Positions 14,301 to 27,050 of a stretch of 64,000 bases of DNA are shown here, one piece after another. How positions within the stretch are numbered: position 1 is the first letter of the stretch; each line of letters starts with the position of its first letter. Source of the DNA: Sphagnum compactum. Its lineage: Eukaryota. Made by a program: the position numbers and the translations under genes. The stretch is from contig OZ234493.1 in NCBI GenBank assembly GCA_965153455.1, positions 3,286,001 through 3,350,000 on the forward strand, read 5' to 3'. The notes under the pieces are model-generated. The model worked only from the letters and a program-made list of their open reading frames with translations, did no database searches and was not told where the DNA came from.

Positions 14301-14697
14301 GGCTCTACAGCATTTCTGCATTCCCCATTCAGGCGATGAGAGCATGACAACAAGCAGCAAGAGGGCACTGATGATGAAGAGAGAGTCAGACATGCCATTG
14401 TTCTTCTGGAGATTGATATTGTGTTTGCTCACAAGTTTGCAATGATAGGAGTGAACTTGAACCATCTAGTATTTGCTTCCATGCTGTCAAGCACTAGTCT
14501 CTCAGCTGGCTGAGCACACTCTTCCACACAGCATCTAACCTTACTCTCTGTGCAAAATGCCTCAAGCAGGCAACCTTCTCTGCTGGAGACCATGCAGAGA
14601 ACACAAAAGAAAAAATGACAAAGTGGACCTACAATCTTTCCTGAAACAAAGCCATTGAGTACAAGACAACACAAATCATGTTTCTGGTCTTCTTTGT

Positions 14698-17600
14698 CTA
14701 TCTAAAATAGTCTGTAGCCCCTTCAGTATGTTCAGAGCTATTTAACAAGGTCCCTACCGTTGATGTGATATCCTCATTGAAATTACAATCATCCTCTACT
14801 TCTGGCAAATCAGATAGCCAGTGATTGAAGGCCTCCAAACTCACAGACAATGCTTGCATTGTTACAGTGTTCAACTGTTTGCATGGCAAGCCTACGGCTT
14901 GTAAAACCTTCTCTGCAACACTGTGCTTCTTTCTGTATCTGCCTTTTCTCCCTTTTCCATCACCCTGCATTATTGATCACACGAACCTTCCATGTCAGAT
15001 GCAGTCTAAACACTAACATAAGATGCTGATAAACTCTGGCAAGCAGAAAAACATGGATAAAATTTGCCAACATTTGGAGTTTGGAGGACATACCTCTCCT
15101 TTAGAAATGCCAGTCACAATGATGAGGTCAGACGTAGGTGGGTTTTGTCCTGCATGAAGCAGCCATGCCAGTAATGCCACTACTGTCCCAGAGCAATTCA
15201 TGTTCCTCACATCACATCTGCATCATCACACTCTGCATCTTAGCTATAGAACATCATTCATCCTCACTATGCCTGCTCTTGCTGTAATATGAAATCATTT
15301 GGTAAATCTGAAACCAAACTTGGAGTCTTGAAGCTCTAGACAATGTTGACCTCACCACTGGTGCATTTCAGATCTCCCCAACTATCTTACAAGTAGAATG
15401 CAAATAGCACCAGGAACTAAAACGTTTTTCATGACACCAGGCATTGCAGGAACAGAACCAACCACTATTCCAAGAAGTAGTCGACAGACTTGGCACACAG
15501 TAGTGCCTTCGAAAGACACGGGTGGAATTGATTCCACACACCCTGAACTCAAGCATGCTAGAATGACTGCCACTGACCTAGAAAGATCATCCTCAACCAC
15601 ATTTTTGAAAAAGCCTGTGGCCACTGCCTCTTCATACAAGCCTATTGCAGCTTCAATGCCTGGCATGAGCCCACATGCAAGATTTTGAGAGCAAGCACAC
15701 AAAAGACTTTCAAGGTGAGTGTCATAGGGTACATTCCATGAACTAGCATGTATGCATATTATTGAAAGCACCAATCTGTACAGTTGTGTCAGGGAGCCAA
15801 TTGATCCCACTCACCAGGGGTGATGTCCAGCTTGCCAGGTTCAGAAGTATTAAGGAAAACATTAGTTCCCTCCTTTCCAAAGCAAGCATCAAAGATGATC
15901 CCATATGACAGTGCTGTTGGTTGTTCCTGTAGTCAACAAAGCCTGTTAGACTTAGTCTGTCACTTAGTTTGTTGAGATTTTAAACCAATTCACAGGAGGA
16001 TAACATAAGTACCACCTCTCCACTTTGTTGCATCATGCGAAAAATGTCAATAGCATTTTGCCATTGCCCTGCTTGGCCATATGCTCCAATCAAAGCATGC
16101 TGCACAACCTGGGAAGATACACTAGTGGTGAGCCTTCAATTAAACAGAAGATACATATATCTTGTCCTTAGTTTTCATTTCCAATTGTCCATCTCAACAT
16201 CACTGAAATCTCAAAGCCACAATTCTAGGTTTTCTGTAGAAAAGAGCTCCTAGAAGACTCCTCACCTCCATTACCATGACAAAAGATGCTCAAAAATCTC
16301 TATGCTCACGATTAACCAGAACCAGGGGAAAAACTTGTAGTTTGTGCACAAACAGATAGTCATGGGAACTTGTGTTGTCTATTTGAACTTCCTAGGGTTT
16401 CAGAGTATTGCTTTTGAGGGTTGTAGTGCCTTATGGACCTCTGTGGTTTGATTCCCCTACCTGAAAAAACACTTGCTTTTAGCCACAACTGAAACAACAC
16501 AACACTTGACCCCCACCTGGGAACCTGGGTCATGGTGAACAACACTCATGCCATTTGCATTGATGGTAAAGAGATCTCCAACCTGATTATGTTTGATACC
16601 AAGTGATTCCATCTCTTCACTCACAGTCAGAGCCCTTGCAAGGTCTTTGCCTTGACCACACGCTGAGACCAATGTACCAAAGGTGATGACATCTGGTTTG
16701 TATCCAGCTTCTCGCATTTTTTTATACACCTGCACAGTGGCTTGTGTTCTTGTCACAACTCTCCAGAACAACTGTCCCCATGCACATCTTGTCTTCTCAT
16801 TGGAGTTCTATCTCTCTCTCTCTCTACACCAATCTGTAACGGTACTGTGCTGAAGCTGGCCCTCTTACAACCTCATGCAAAAGCTGTTGCCTTTGAGCAT
16901 TGAGATACTTGCAGTAAAGACATGAACTGCTAGCACATAAACATAGGAAACTTTGAAGTCATGACCAGCAGTCTCTAAGCAGACTTTACAATGGAAATTC
17001 CCCTATGGCTCTCAACTTTTTCCCACTCTGATCTTCATTGTACACTTGATACCCAACTTAGCAAACTTCAGTACAGTGCAATCCTATAGTATAGTCCATT
17101 GTATAACCAAGCAAAGTGTAAACCTGGAAGGCACTGTCAAGTCCCTCAGATTTGCTGGCAGATTGAATGAGTTTGTTGAAGGTGGAAGAGGTGACAGCTT
17201 TAGAGAATCCTGAATCCGTCATCAACTCGTGTGCTCTTAATGCTCCTGCATGGTCCCCACTCTTCATGCCACAATCCCACCCACATGAGGTTAAACATGT
17301 ATCCTCCAGGTTACCTCTCACAGAATACCTCCATGGGATCCAGGACAACCACAACCACATAATGCCTCACTTGTGATGATCTCAAGAAGTGGAGAGCTTC
17401 AACTGTGCTTAAATCCTGCACTTCATCCTGTACAATGCAGCAAAGCAAAAGGGTGCTGCCAACACTCCATCCTCACTAGAAGTGAAGACCTTTCAAAAGA
17501 TATCATTGCTTTGATAACCTCAATAGCAAGCTTTGGTACAGTTGTCACAAAAGATTTTCACATGTATAGGACAGGATTTTCATTGCTAAATCAACTGAGC

Positions 17601-20600
17601 CAACAGCAACACCAATCTGGTTTCTGGACTACCTACCTTACATGATGCAGTAATGAGATGATTGTATGTTTGGCCATTTGGAGATACATTGTCAATTGTC
17701 TTCATCTCCTCATACAAAGCCCATGCTTTCTCTGCCTGTGATCCTCTCCCACGTAGCAAACTCATTTGACACTTTCTGGCACTCAACACAATCGCCAATA
17801 TAATGCATCTGGATGCTCATTAGGAGCAAATAAAGTACTGCATTGGTTCTAGAGTTTTTGGAGAACACTTTCTGGTGTCAATCATTGCATTGTTATGCCA
17901 TACTCATGTTCTGGATGATGACAGGGGACAGATCCAACAGGACAACCCAGACAGATTGACTACAGTTACAGGTTGGATTCAATAATTATGGATAGATTAA
18001 GTGCCAGGAAACCACCCTCTCCAAAGGCTTGTTGTTCAGCATAGTATAGCAATATATTTTGCTGTTTCTAGATGTGATCAGACAACCATATAAACTGAAG
18101 TTAAGGAAGAGTACATTAGGGTGAGGAGCTGAAGCACAAGCTTCAATGAGGAAGTTGTAAGTGCTTGTTTGTGGTGCCACCCCAGCTGCACACATTTCAT
18201 TGAAGACCTCTAATGCTGCTTTTAAGCGGCCCCCAGACCCTGCTGACTCTAGAAGGATTCCAAATGTGAACTTGTTGGCTGTAACTCCGGCAGCAATCAT
18301 CATTCGATAGATCTCCTGCACTCCATAATATAGGCCACATTGCCAAGGATGACAACCTTACTATATCACATTGACAAATCTCTCTGTGCATATACATCAT
18401 GCATATGAAGTCATGATGTTCAGAAAACAGGACAACACCAGCAGAACACAGGGCAATTGAGGATCAAAATCTGAGATTGAAGAGCTAAACTAGTACCAGC
18501 ACTTTTCCTGGCAATTTTGCCTGTGCACCAGCAAACATGAGTGTGTTGAAAGTGATAGCATCGGGCCGGATAGAACGGTCAAGCATTTCCTTATATAATT
18601 CCAATGCCTTTCCCAGCCTAGCTCCTCAAATTGAGCAACAGGAGAAAAATGTTAATAGGACAATGTAGAATATTGACAGAACCCCAACATTTATGGTGCA
18701 ATTCTGCTAACAGGAGTCGAGTGTCCAGGCCATGACAGCAACACACATCTCCATGACATTCTGTTGGATTTTGTAAAAGAAGTTGAAAGAGAACATATAA
18801 AGTCATGCTTACCGCTGTGCAGGAGAAGAGCGACCACGGTATGGCCCTGTTTTCACAACCAATGCCATTAATGCTGTGTAAGTCACCACATCTGGCCTCA
18901 TTCCTGCTGCTTCCATTTCCGCCTGGACCCAGAGATGAGAAAAAAATTCAGCAGAAAAGCTTTGATATGCATGCTCTTTTGGTTTCAACTACAGTTAACA
19001 AGAAATGGACACTTCTCCAACATGAGAGAGTTGAAGCTATTATTGTTTAAATTGACTGCAGTTGGAGAAATTTTGGGATTGGAAATAGGGCACTAGAAAT
19101 AAGATTATAGCAGAGATCATTGAGAAAACCAGTGGACTTTGATTACCTTAATTCGGAAAGCATCCTCTAGACGCTTTGCTTGGTGGCAGCATGAGATGAG
19201 GGTGTTGTATGTCAGCATTCCTGGCTTCACACCTGCTTGTTTCATTGCCTGTACACAAGGAGAAGTACACAAAAAAGTCAACGAAGGAAAAATAAGAACA
19301 ATTCCAGCTCCCAGTATCCTATCCACATCCAAACTCCATTAGCATTTTTTACACTTGAACCCGGTCTGCAAAAGTAAAGTGTGGAAGTTTGCCCACTGTA
19401 GCTAACCTCATAGATGCTCAAAGCCCTTTCCCCTTGTTGTTGTCTCCTACAAACAGTGATGAGAGCGAGATATGTTCCTGAACACCACTTGACACAGTCA
19501 CATTACTCTAACCTCCCCTCCAGCTTGTACTCAGCAATTACTCCTGGCTTCTACTGTGGACAACAGGGCCTAGCAAGGGATGCACCATACCAATCACAAA
19601 ACCCATTGTCTCAATTGAACAACCCTCACAAACTTACTATTGAGAAGCTTGGGTTGTGACTCCATATATTCTAAACTCCAAACCAAAAATGAAACAATGG
19701 ATCCATAGGAAGAGGTTAAGTTTTGACTTTGTAAAGATAAAAGAAAACCTCAAATGCCAACCCCAACAACACAGAATCTGTTGTTGACTGATACAGTTTA
19801 GGGCTTAGGGTTCAGCATATGATCTCAGGTGTGAGCAAGGGTCCAGAATATGTACATACATGGAAGTACTGACAGTTTCTTTATACTTAAAACATAAGTT
19901 GACATGAAAGAATTGAGGGATCACCCTATACTACCATTATGGATATTTCAGATCTGACAACATATCAGCAAGAAATCAGCAAGCATGGAAAAAGGACACG
20001 CAAGCCTAAAGAAAAGGGAAAATAAGACCAAAAACAAAATTGAGGAGTGGTTCGAATAACAGTGATGGTCATATGCATGTTCAGGGACCTTGAACAGCAT
20101 CATGTATGGTAGGTGTACCATAACATCCCTGCCAATCTCATTGATGTTAATTCGCCTAATACTCAATCCTTGAATGTTGTCAGGTTAATTGTCCAACTAT
20201 CACAAGATGTGAAGAGGAGGGAAAGAGACAGGGATTATAACATCTGTCACCAAATGCACGCCTTCTGTTGAGGCAAGAAGACAGGTGAAGGTGACCCTAA
20301 AACCTGGACCTTGAAGCTAAAATCCAAATCCTGACTCCCTAGATTAAAGCACTGAACTAATCAGGATCTCTAGGCCTAGTGAGTTGTATTTACAGCATTT
20401 TCATGCCCAAAGAAATCAATCAACTTCAGTGTAAGGCCAATGCAGCAATATTGGTGTGTCTGCAGTTCCAAAAGTTTACATTTTAGGCTATGCTTCACCT
20501 CTCTAAGTATCTTTCATAAGAATAGAGAAATCTCCATTCTCACAATGAAGAAAAAACCCCAGCAAGGTTACCACTTCTGCAAGAAACCACAAAAAGATCA

Positions 20601-23600
20601 AGACCTAGGAAAGACAAAAACAAAACAAAACAAACAAACAAGAAACAAAAAACAACGGTATGAACCAAAGTGCCAGTCTCACACATGTTCAGGGACCATC
20701 AACAGTAGTATGTATGATAGTGACTTAACTACCACAACTTCCCCACTTACTTCATCAGCTCCCTACAGTGGGTAAAGGCCAGTGAAAGACACCAACCTGC
20801 GAACCGAGTTTCTGCTGCAAATCTGGAAGCAAGGGGAAGTCTCAGCCATACTACTAGCTAACAACAGACCAGAACACAAGGACAAGACAAAAAACAGACC
20901 AACAGAAATGGAAAAGCAAAACTTTAAAGGAAAGGGGACAGCAGGGAACAAACAAGGAACAAGTGGGCTTACAAGAAGCTCCCCACTTACAAGACTCTAA
21001 GCAAAATCGTTCTGAAAACTCCAAAAGCAGAAGTTCCAAAGAGGAATTTTTCTTTATTAAGCAACCCTCTAGTTCTCTTCAGAAGAATTTTTAAAGGGTA
21101 GCCTTTAACCTTCAGAAGGACAATAAGACTGACCATCTGAAAGACAAAAAACTTCTTACAACTACAAAGCCTACAAGAACCTGTAAAATTGACTATTGAT
21201 AACCCCAGCTTTGCAGTAATTGATATATTGGAATGAACATGAGGCATTCTAATCATTTCAATACCTGCATACTCTGGTTGAGAGCGTTTGTCAAAAATGT
21301 CACAGGAAAAACCTTGAGGACTTTGTTTCACAGCAAGATCTAAGAAATTACAAGAGAAGCCTTTAGACATACAATTCAACTCACAACATGTTTTTGGGTA
21401 TCTGCCACCACCAAAAGAGCCTTGGTTTAGGTACATGAAATTCTCAAAGCCTGGAAAGTCAGGAACCAAAAGATCATCCCCAAACCTATGAACCATGGAC
21501 AATCTATGAAGCACAACAGGACATGTGTTACTCTTCAAAGACGATTAATGAAATCAAACTCATAGGTAAAGATATAGAAGTTTACCAAATTGCACAATTA
21601 GTACCCATGGGATTACCAATGCATTGTCTATAAGCACAATGACCAATAAAAAACAACAAATTGTCTAACAAGAAATCCAACCAAGAGATCAAATCTGAAG
21701 CCTCTGCAACCTTAAAGCTATGAAGATTTTCAAACAAATTGATCTCTGCTTTATTTTTCAGCCACAAAAACCTAAAATTCAAACCTGTCTTTTGCACCAT
21801 CAAAGACTTAAACAACAAAGCTTAAACATCTGATGAAACGCTTTATTTATCAGAGCTCTCATCTGAGCTGATCCGTTAGGTCAAGTTTAGTATATAGAGT
21901 TGAGAAATCAAAAGACTGCAACACGATTGGGAAAGCTTTATCAACTTCTGATCTCAAAGAGTAAGTTTATTTATTACCTCCACCACTCCGTTAAGAGTCA
22001 TTGAGAATCCAACTACTAATACAAGGAACATCTGCCTTTTTGAGTTTAGACACCCAAGGGTCATTGACTGCAGGAAACATAGCTTTAAAGAAAGAAATCA
22101 GCCACTTAGAAACTTCAGTAAGAGAAGTAGAGCTGGCTGCACAAATAAATCTAGGTTTAATCGGATTTTATGAAACTTCCAAACAGCATAAAGAAACAGG
22201 GATGATGGCCACACTTTACACCATTAAAATTATGAGCCTTATTAAAAGAAAGATGAGATTTCAGGATATCAGACTGGGCAAGAATGGAGACCACATACAT
22301 ACCAGCAGGAGAATTAAGCTCAGAGAAAACAGAAGAAACATAGAACTTTTTACAAACAAACACAAAATTATTACTACAGTTATCCATGTAGGTAATAACC
22401 CAGGACCATTGGAGACTCTTTAGTTGATCCAAATCTCCTAAAGGAAGAGACAAAGAAGAATCAGAAGAGGTTTGAACGACAGAGGAAGCACAAGTTCTCT
22501 TCACCTCTCTAAGGTGTACCTAGTGCACTAATGATGCAGATCTGACAGAAATACAGTATGGCATACCTTCATTAGCAGAGTCAATACCAGCAGCCTTCAT
22601 TTCTTCAATAACACCAAGAGCTTCTGTCACAGAAGAACTGCGGCTGATGGAGCGGTTTATGCGCCAGATAGTTTGCTGCAATTTCAACAGCCCTGAAGCT
22701 GAGCGAGAACACAATTCGTCTGCATCAAGAATACACTACATGCAAGCCCCATCCATTCCATTGGACCCAGCAACCCTGCAATCAATCAGCTCTACTTCTG
22801 TGGTACTGCATATTTTGTAAAAACCCCAGCCATAAGCTGCTCAGGTATGTGGGACAACCCCTCCATACAAAGGAGGCTAGGAGTCTACCCTAGCAATTCT
22901 GGTGACACATGCTACATGTGTAGGTAGACAAACCACTTCACTTGGCTGCACCTCTATAACTCTTTGAAAATTTCTAGGCCACAAACTGAGCTACAAGACA
23001 CCATAGTCAAATTCCAGTACTTGCATATTATAGTCAAGTACTCATAATTTCAGGCAAGTGGACACAAGGATGCTGCAAAAAGACCATGTAGGAAATTCCC
23101 ATGTCTTGACATTCACCATATCATCAGATGATCAGCAATAACAGATATAGGCTCCACTATATCATGCACAATAGCTACCTCATTGGTCAGATCAATACCC
23201 TCCTGTTTCAACCATTCCAACCTGGGTGTATGCTGCTGCATCCACAACTCCCACATGATATCACAAGAAAGACAATAATCATCATCTCAAACTGTAGTTC
23301 ATTATGTGAGCCAGTTACAACTGGCATCATATGCTCTTCTTTTGATTCTACTACTCCAGTCCTTTGAAATGTATGTCAATAGAGAAAGCACAATCTGTCT
23401 ACAAAAACAATCTGTCTGTTCGCTTACAAAAATCCCAGAATATTACACTGTAGATAAGTTGCATGTAGCACATAAGAGGGTCATACCGGTTCCTTGGTGG
23501 ACTGAGATTTTTGGCGAGCTTTGACACGCTGACGGCCACCACCACCACCACCAACCCTCTGAGGCTTCTCACTTGTGTTGGGCTTTGCTGTCTCCAGGGC

Positions 23601-24240
23601 CACTAATTCAGTTTCCAGCTCTGCCACAACTGCTCCCAATCCATGTCTGCCATCACATGTAAATACTTTAATGACCAATCCACAATAACAACCATCAAAC
23701 AGAAATTCCGGATTGCCTTGGAGTATGGACACAAGAAATCTACTCACACAATGCTCAGTTACCAAACAATCCTGCTTATGTAAAGTCTTTGCCCTAGATA
23801 TTGGGAACAATTTGTTCCACATTCTGGTGGCCCATGAGGCTTGAAGATATGAGATACCAGGGCACAGAAACATATATGGATCAAATGAAAATCTGAACAA
23901 CATTCAAGCCCAAATTTTCCTGCTGGCCTGCAATGATGGCAGGGTATGACATAAAAGGCACATTGTAGAAGCCAGAAGGATGTCAAGTCATGAGACACAA
24001 ATCACAATGTACTTGGGAATTCAGGCAGTGGAGATGGACAGCCTTCAAAAGGCATACCACTTTGATATCTACTGTCTGGCAGAGAGGTTCTCAATTCCTG
24101 GAATTGCTCACACACTAATTACCACAGAGCTATGGAATTTCTGGCAAGAACTGCTGTGGGTAAGGACCTTACTCACCTAGCATATTGACCACTCTTGGGT
24201 AGCATGAAATGAAGAGTATGTGGCATCATAGATTCTATTC
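14698..24240 (-). CDS. Multi-exon P-class pentatricopeptide repeat protein with a C-terminal SMR-like domain (PPR-SMR); 5' end uncertain
   Basis: Frame-consistent GT-AG exon chain: 24240-24177, 23646-23487, 23232(or 23235)-23179, 22675-22567, 19477-19407, 19248-19147, 18922-18813, 18617-18497, 18315-18115, 17735-17637, 17261-17124, 16729-16583, 16108-16016(or 16013), 15926-15815, 15659-15578, 15217-15094, 14964-14698 (TAG). PPR motifs include TYNTLISCC, PDVVTYTALM, PDAITFNTLM, TYNFLIEAC, PDVITFGTLVSACG. SMR-like CDVRNMNCSGTVVALLAWL...LIIVTG near the C-terminus. Confidence 0.9.
20070..22510 (-). mobile_element. 5'-truncated Penelope-like retroelement (Naiad/Chlamys-type RT) in PPR intron 19478-22566
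   Basis: Frameshifted RT with PLE motifs VITYMDNCSNNFVFVCKKFY, QSFDFSTLYT, YRQCIGNPMGTNCA, TYEFDF, HRFGDDL, CNFLDL, FDKR, and a thumb ending KGYP..LLRVL* at 20987. No C-terminal GIY-YIG. The 3' flank has a partial direct repeat (~20071-20130 vs ~20681-20745). Confidence 0.8.
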
Positions 24241-25899
24241 CTGCAAAATCCCCCTTGCTGCTGACAGGGTTTGATGCACCTCTTACTCCCTAATTTCCCC
24301 AAATGGACCAACCAACTGTCAAATTTCAATTAACAAAGATGTCACAACTGCAAGACTTTCTCCTCATCATTGTGCTGGGATTATGGACAATCAAACCTGC
24401 CTAGAGTTTCACTTTGGCTGTCCTGTTTCTTGGAGGTAAAAGCACTTCCAAAGCAGAAACAAAACATCCAAATTCTAAAACCATACATAGGCCTGTAAAA
24501 TGGAGACAATCCCTGAGAGGATCACAAAAGCAATATGATACGCAGCAGGCCCAATAGTGGGTACTGCGTCAAATCAGGTCAGCAACTACCGAAGCAATTG
24601 GGCTTTTATCAGAGTAGACAATCAAATCTTCTACACCGATCCCAAAATTGTACCAAATTCCTGCCAAAGAAGAATAAACTCAATCTGTCTTGTTGCCACG
24701 CAAAGGCCGCAGCTTTAGGGAAGCTCTAAACTCAGGACGGAAATACCGGATTGTAAGAGAAGCCATGGAGCAGAGCTTGGGCTGCCATCCTCGCCACCAC
24801 TTTGGTCTGATCAACAATAATAATACTACGTGTACGCAGAGTGCATGCCCACTACTACAACAATTGGGATGCTGTCGTCCTGATCATAGCAAAAGAACAC
24901 TCTCGACTTCACATTCTATACCTGAACCTGGACCCCACGCTCACCGCTCAGTGACTCTACCACCCACACGTCATTCCGGTTTGGTTCGCACAAATCCAGT
25001 GACAGTACCCGGAGTTATATCCTGACATCTCTTTCTTGCGCCCAACGCTCCAAATCTAAACTTTATTGGTTCTGCCCTTCAGGGTAGAGACTAGAGACGT
25101 TGTGATGCACCCAGAAACGGGCAAAAATTTGGTATCCCTACATTTTCTAGGGTCATGTGGAGTGAACTATAGAAACATTTCCGGCATAACTGAAGGATCC
25201 ACTTGGGCTTTCACCATGCCAGTCACCATGTGTTTCCAATTTAGTATGTTGAATATTTATCATCCTTATGGATGTCATTGATGTCATTGAAAGGGGAGAG
25301 CCATTATGCAATGAGCCGCTTGTTTTTCAGAGGTTTAGTTGCTGTTGTGACTGTAGGTCTAATGGGGAATGCTCTTGTACTGGGTACTGCCACAGTTAGA
25401 GCAACAGTTTAAAGATGCCATGGTAATGCAGTGTCATCCATGTTAATAGTACACATGCCAGTAGCCTCTGCAATAGGAGATGTTCATATATACCTTTGTG
25501 AATTGGCATCTAGGGCTTCCATTCACATATAAAGCACTGGGAGGACTTTCCTAATGTATTTGGAGCGCAACTTATATCCATGAATGGCATGACCTTAAAC
25601 CCTAAAAAAGAGGAGGGATCTTACACATACTCCTTAAGAACAGGAGAGAAATTATGCTTACTTACAGGCAGAAAGGTAGCATCACACTTGGTGTTATAAG
25701 AGTAGGAAATAAGAACCCTCTTCCTCCTACAGCTCATAATCTACAAATGTTTCTATTCATGATAACAATGTTTATAAGTTCTACAAATGTTTAAGCTCAT
25801 GATCCCGTTCAACCTATGCTTTACAATGGATAGAGCCCTCAGGTGGGCAACATCCCCAAAATGCAGTGCCAGACTTGGCTACCTCTTTGTCCTGGGCCT

Positions 25900-27050
25900 T
25901 TATTTTGGAATAAACCTCCCCACCCCACCTTAGGGCTTTCTCTTATACTTTATCTGGACATCAAGGTTTCAATATTCTAATAAAGCTTGCTAGACACTTG
26001 TGTTCTTTCATAGTTGTCTCCTTCGAGGGAATGAGTGTGGCTCTCTATCTATACATCTTGGTTTTGTTTTATGACATCTCCTTGATGCTTGTGAAGTTAA
26101 AATGTTACATGGAAACTGCACAGCTACATGGTCTAGAACAAACTTCTGACATGGTTTGATATCTAATGCATTAAGTTGTGACATTTATGTGGTTGTGAGC
26201 TTTCATACAACATAATGTGCTTCACAAGGGATTCTGAGTTGCATGTAATTCATCCACTTAACCTATGAAAGCTTGGTGCAGATGGAGTGTGGAGCATGTG
26301 GGCATTGCAACAGTTAGCAACAATCAAGAGGGTGTTAATGTCTAGTGCTATCTAGTGTTTGAATATTCAACAAGCTAGTAGGAGAGATCAAAATTGTTCA
26401 CAACTTGGGGAACATTGTCCAATATTCAAGATTATTCTTTGAAACCAAGAACAATTCAGTTGGTCCTTCTAAGCTTGGGATGCTCATTGTTGCATGTAAT
26501 CAAATGTTTCTAGTCTTATGAAGAAATGTTTTTACTCTAATGGAGACAATGAAGTCCAGAATCTCATAATCTGGCAGATATAAATCTTCTCATCCATCCA
26601 TCCTTCACACATATAATGTTTCCAACTACAACAGGTGGCCAGAAACCCTAGGTTCCAGACAATATGAAGAAAAAGAGTTCTGTCAATCCAGAATACCAGT
26701 GTGATCATCCTACTACTTGTAACACCTACATGGAAATCATTCTTTCTTCATCAACCAAATGAGCACAAATATATTAGTAGTGTCATTGCACCTGTGTAGC
26801 CAGTCTTTCTTTGATTCTTCCTATTTTACCAATGTTGATCTTAAAGAATATTGGCAACCCTTGCTATGGGTGTTGTTCTAGGCTATCTTCTCATGCACCT
26901 ATCTCCTCTCTCTTGTTTCACCATTTTTGCCAAATGAAACCTATTGCTTCTCAACCATTTCAATGTTAGGTTCCAATTGTATAAAAGTGTGACTATTTTG
27001 ACCCATTAACTTCATAAACTCCTCCACTAACTCCTCGATTACATGTTGAA
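25900..27050 (-). mobile_element. Heavily decayed transposase remnant, possibly hAT
   Basis: Fragmentary minus-strand translations (AHMLHTP, FW..V-like) resemble plant hAT transposase motifs. No intact ORF or ends. Confidence 0.25.

Noticed and set aside
13915-14674. Short minus-strand ORFs downstream of the PPR stop
   Set aside because: No motifs and no convincing exon chain; probably 3' UTR or intergenic.
19796-19813. TTTAGGGCTTAGGGTT telomere-like motif near the PLE 3' side
   Set aside because: Only two imperfect units and not clearly at the element junction; insufficient to claim telomere-primed insertion.
21829-21842. CTGATGAAAC as a hammerhead core
   Set aside because: Antisense within the RT coding region, with no room for stem II.
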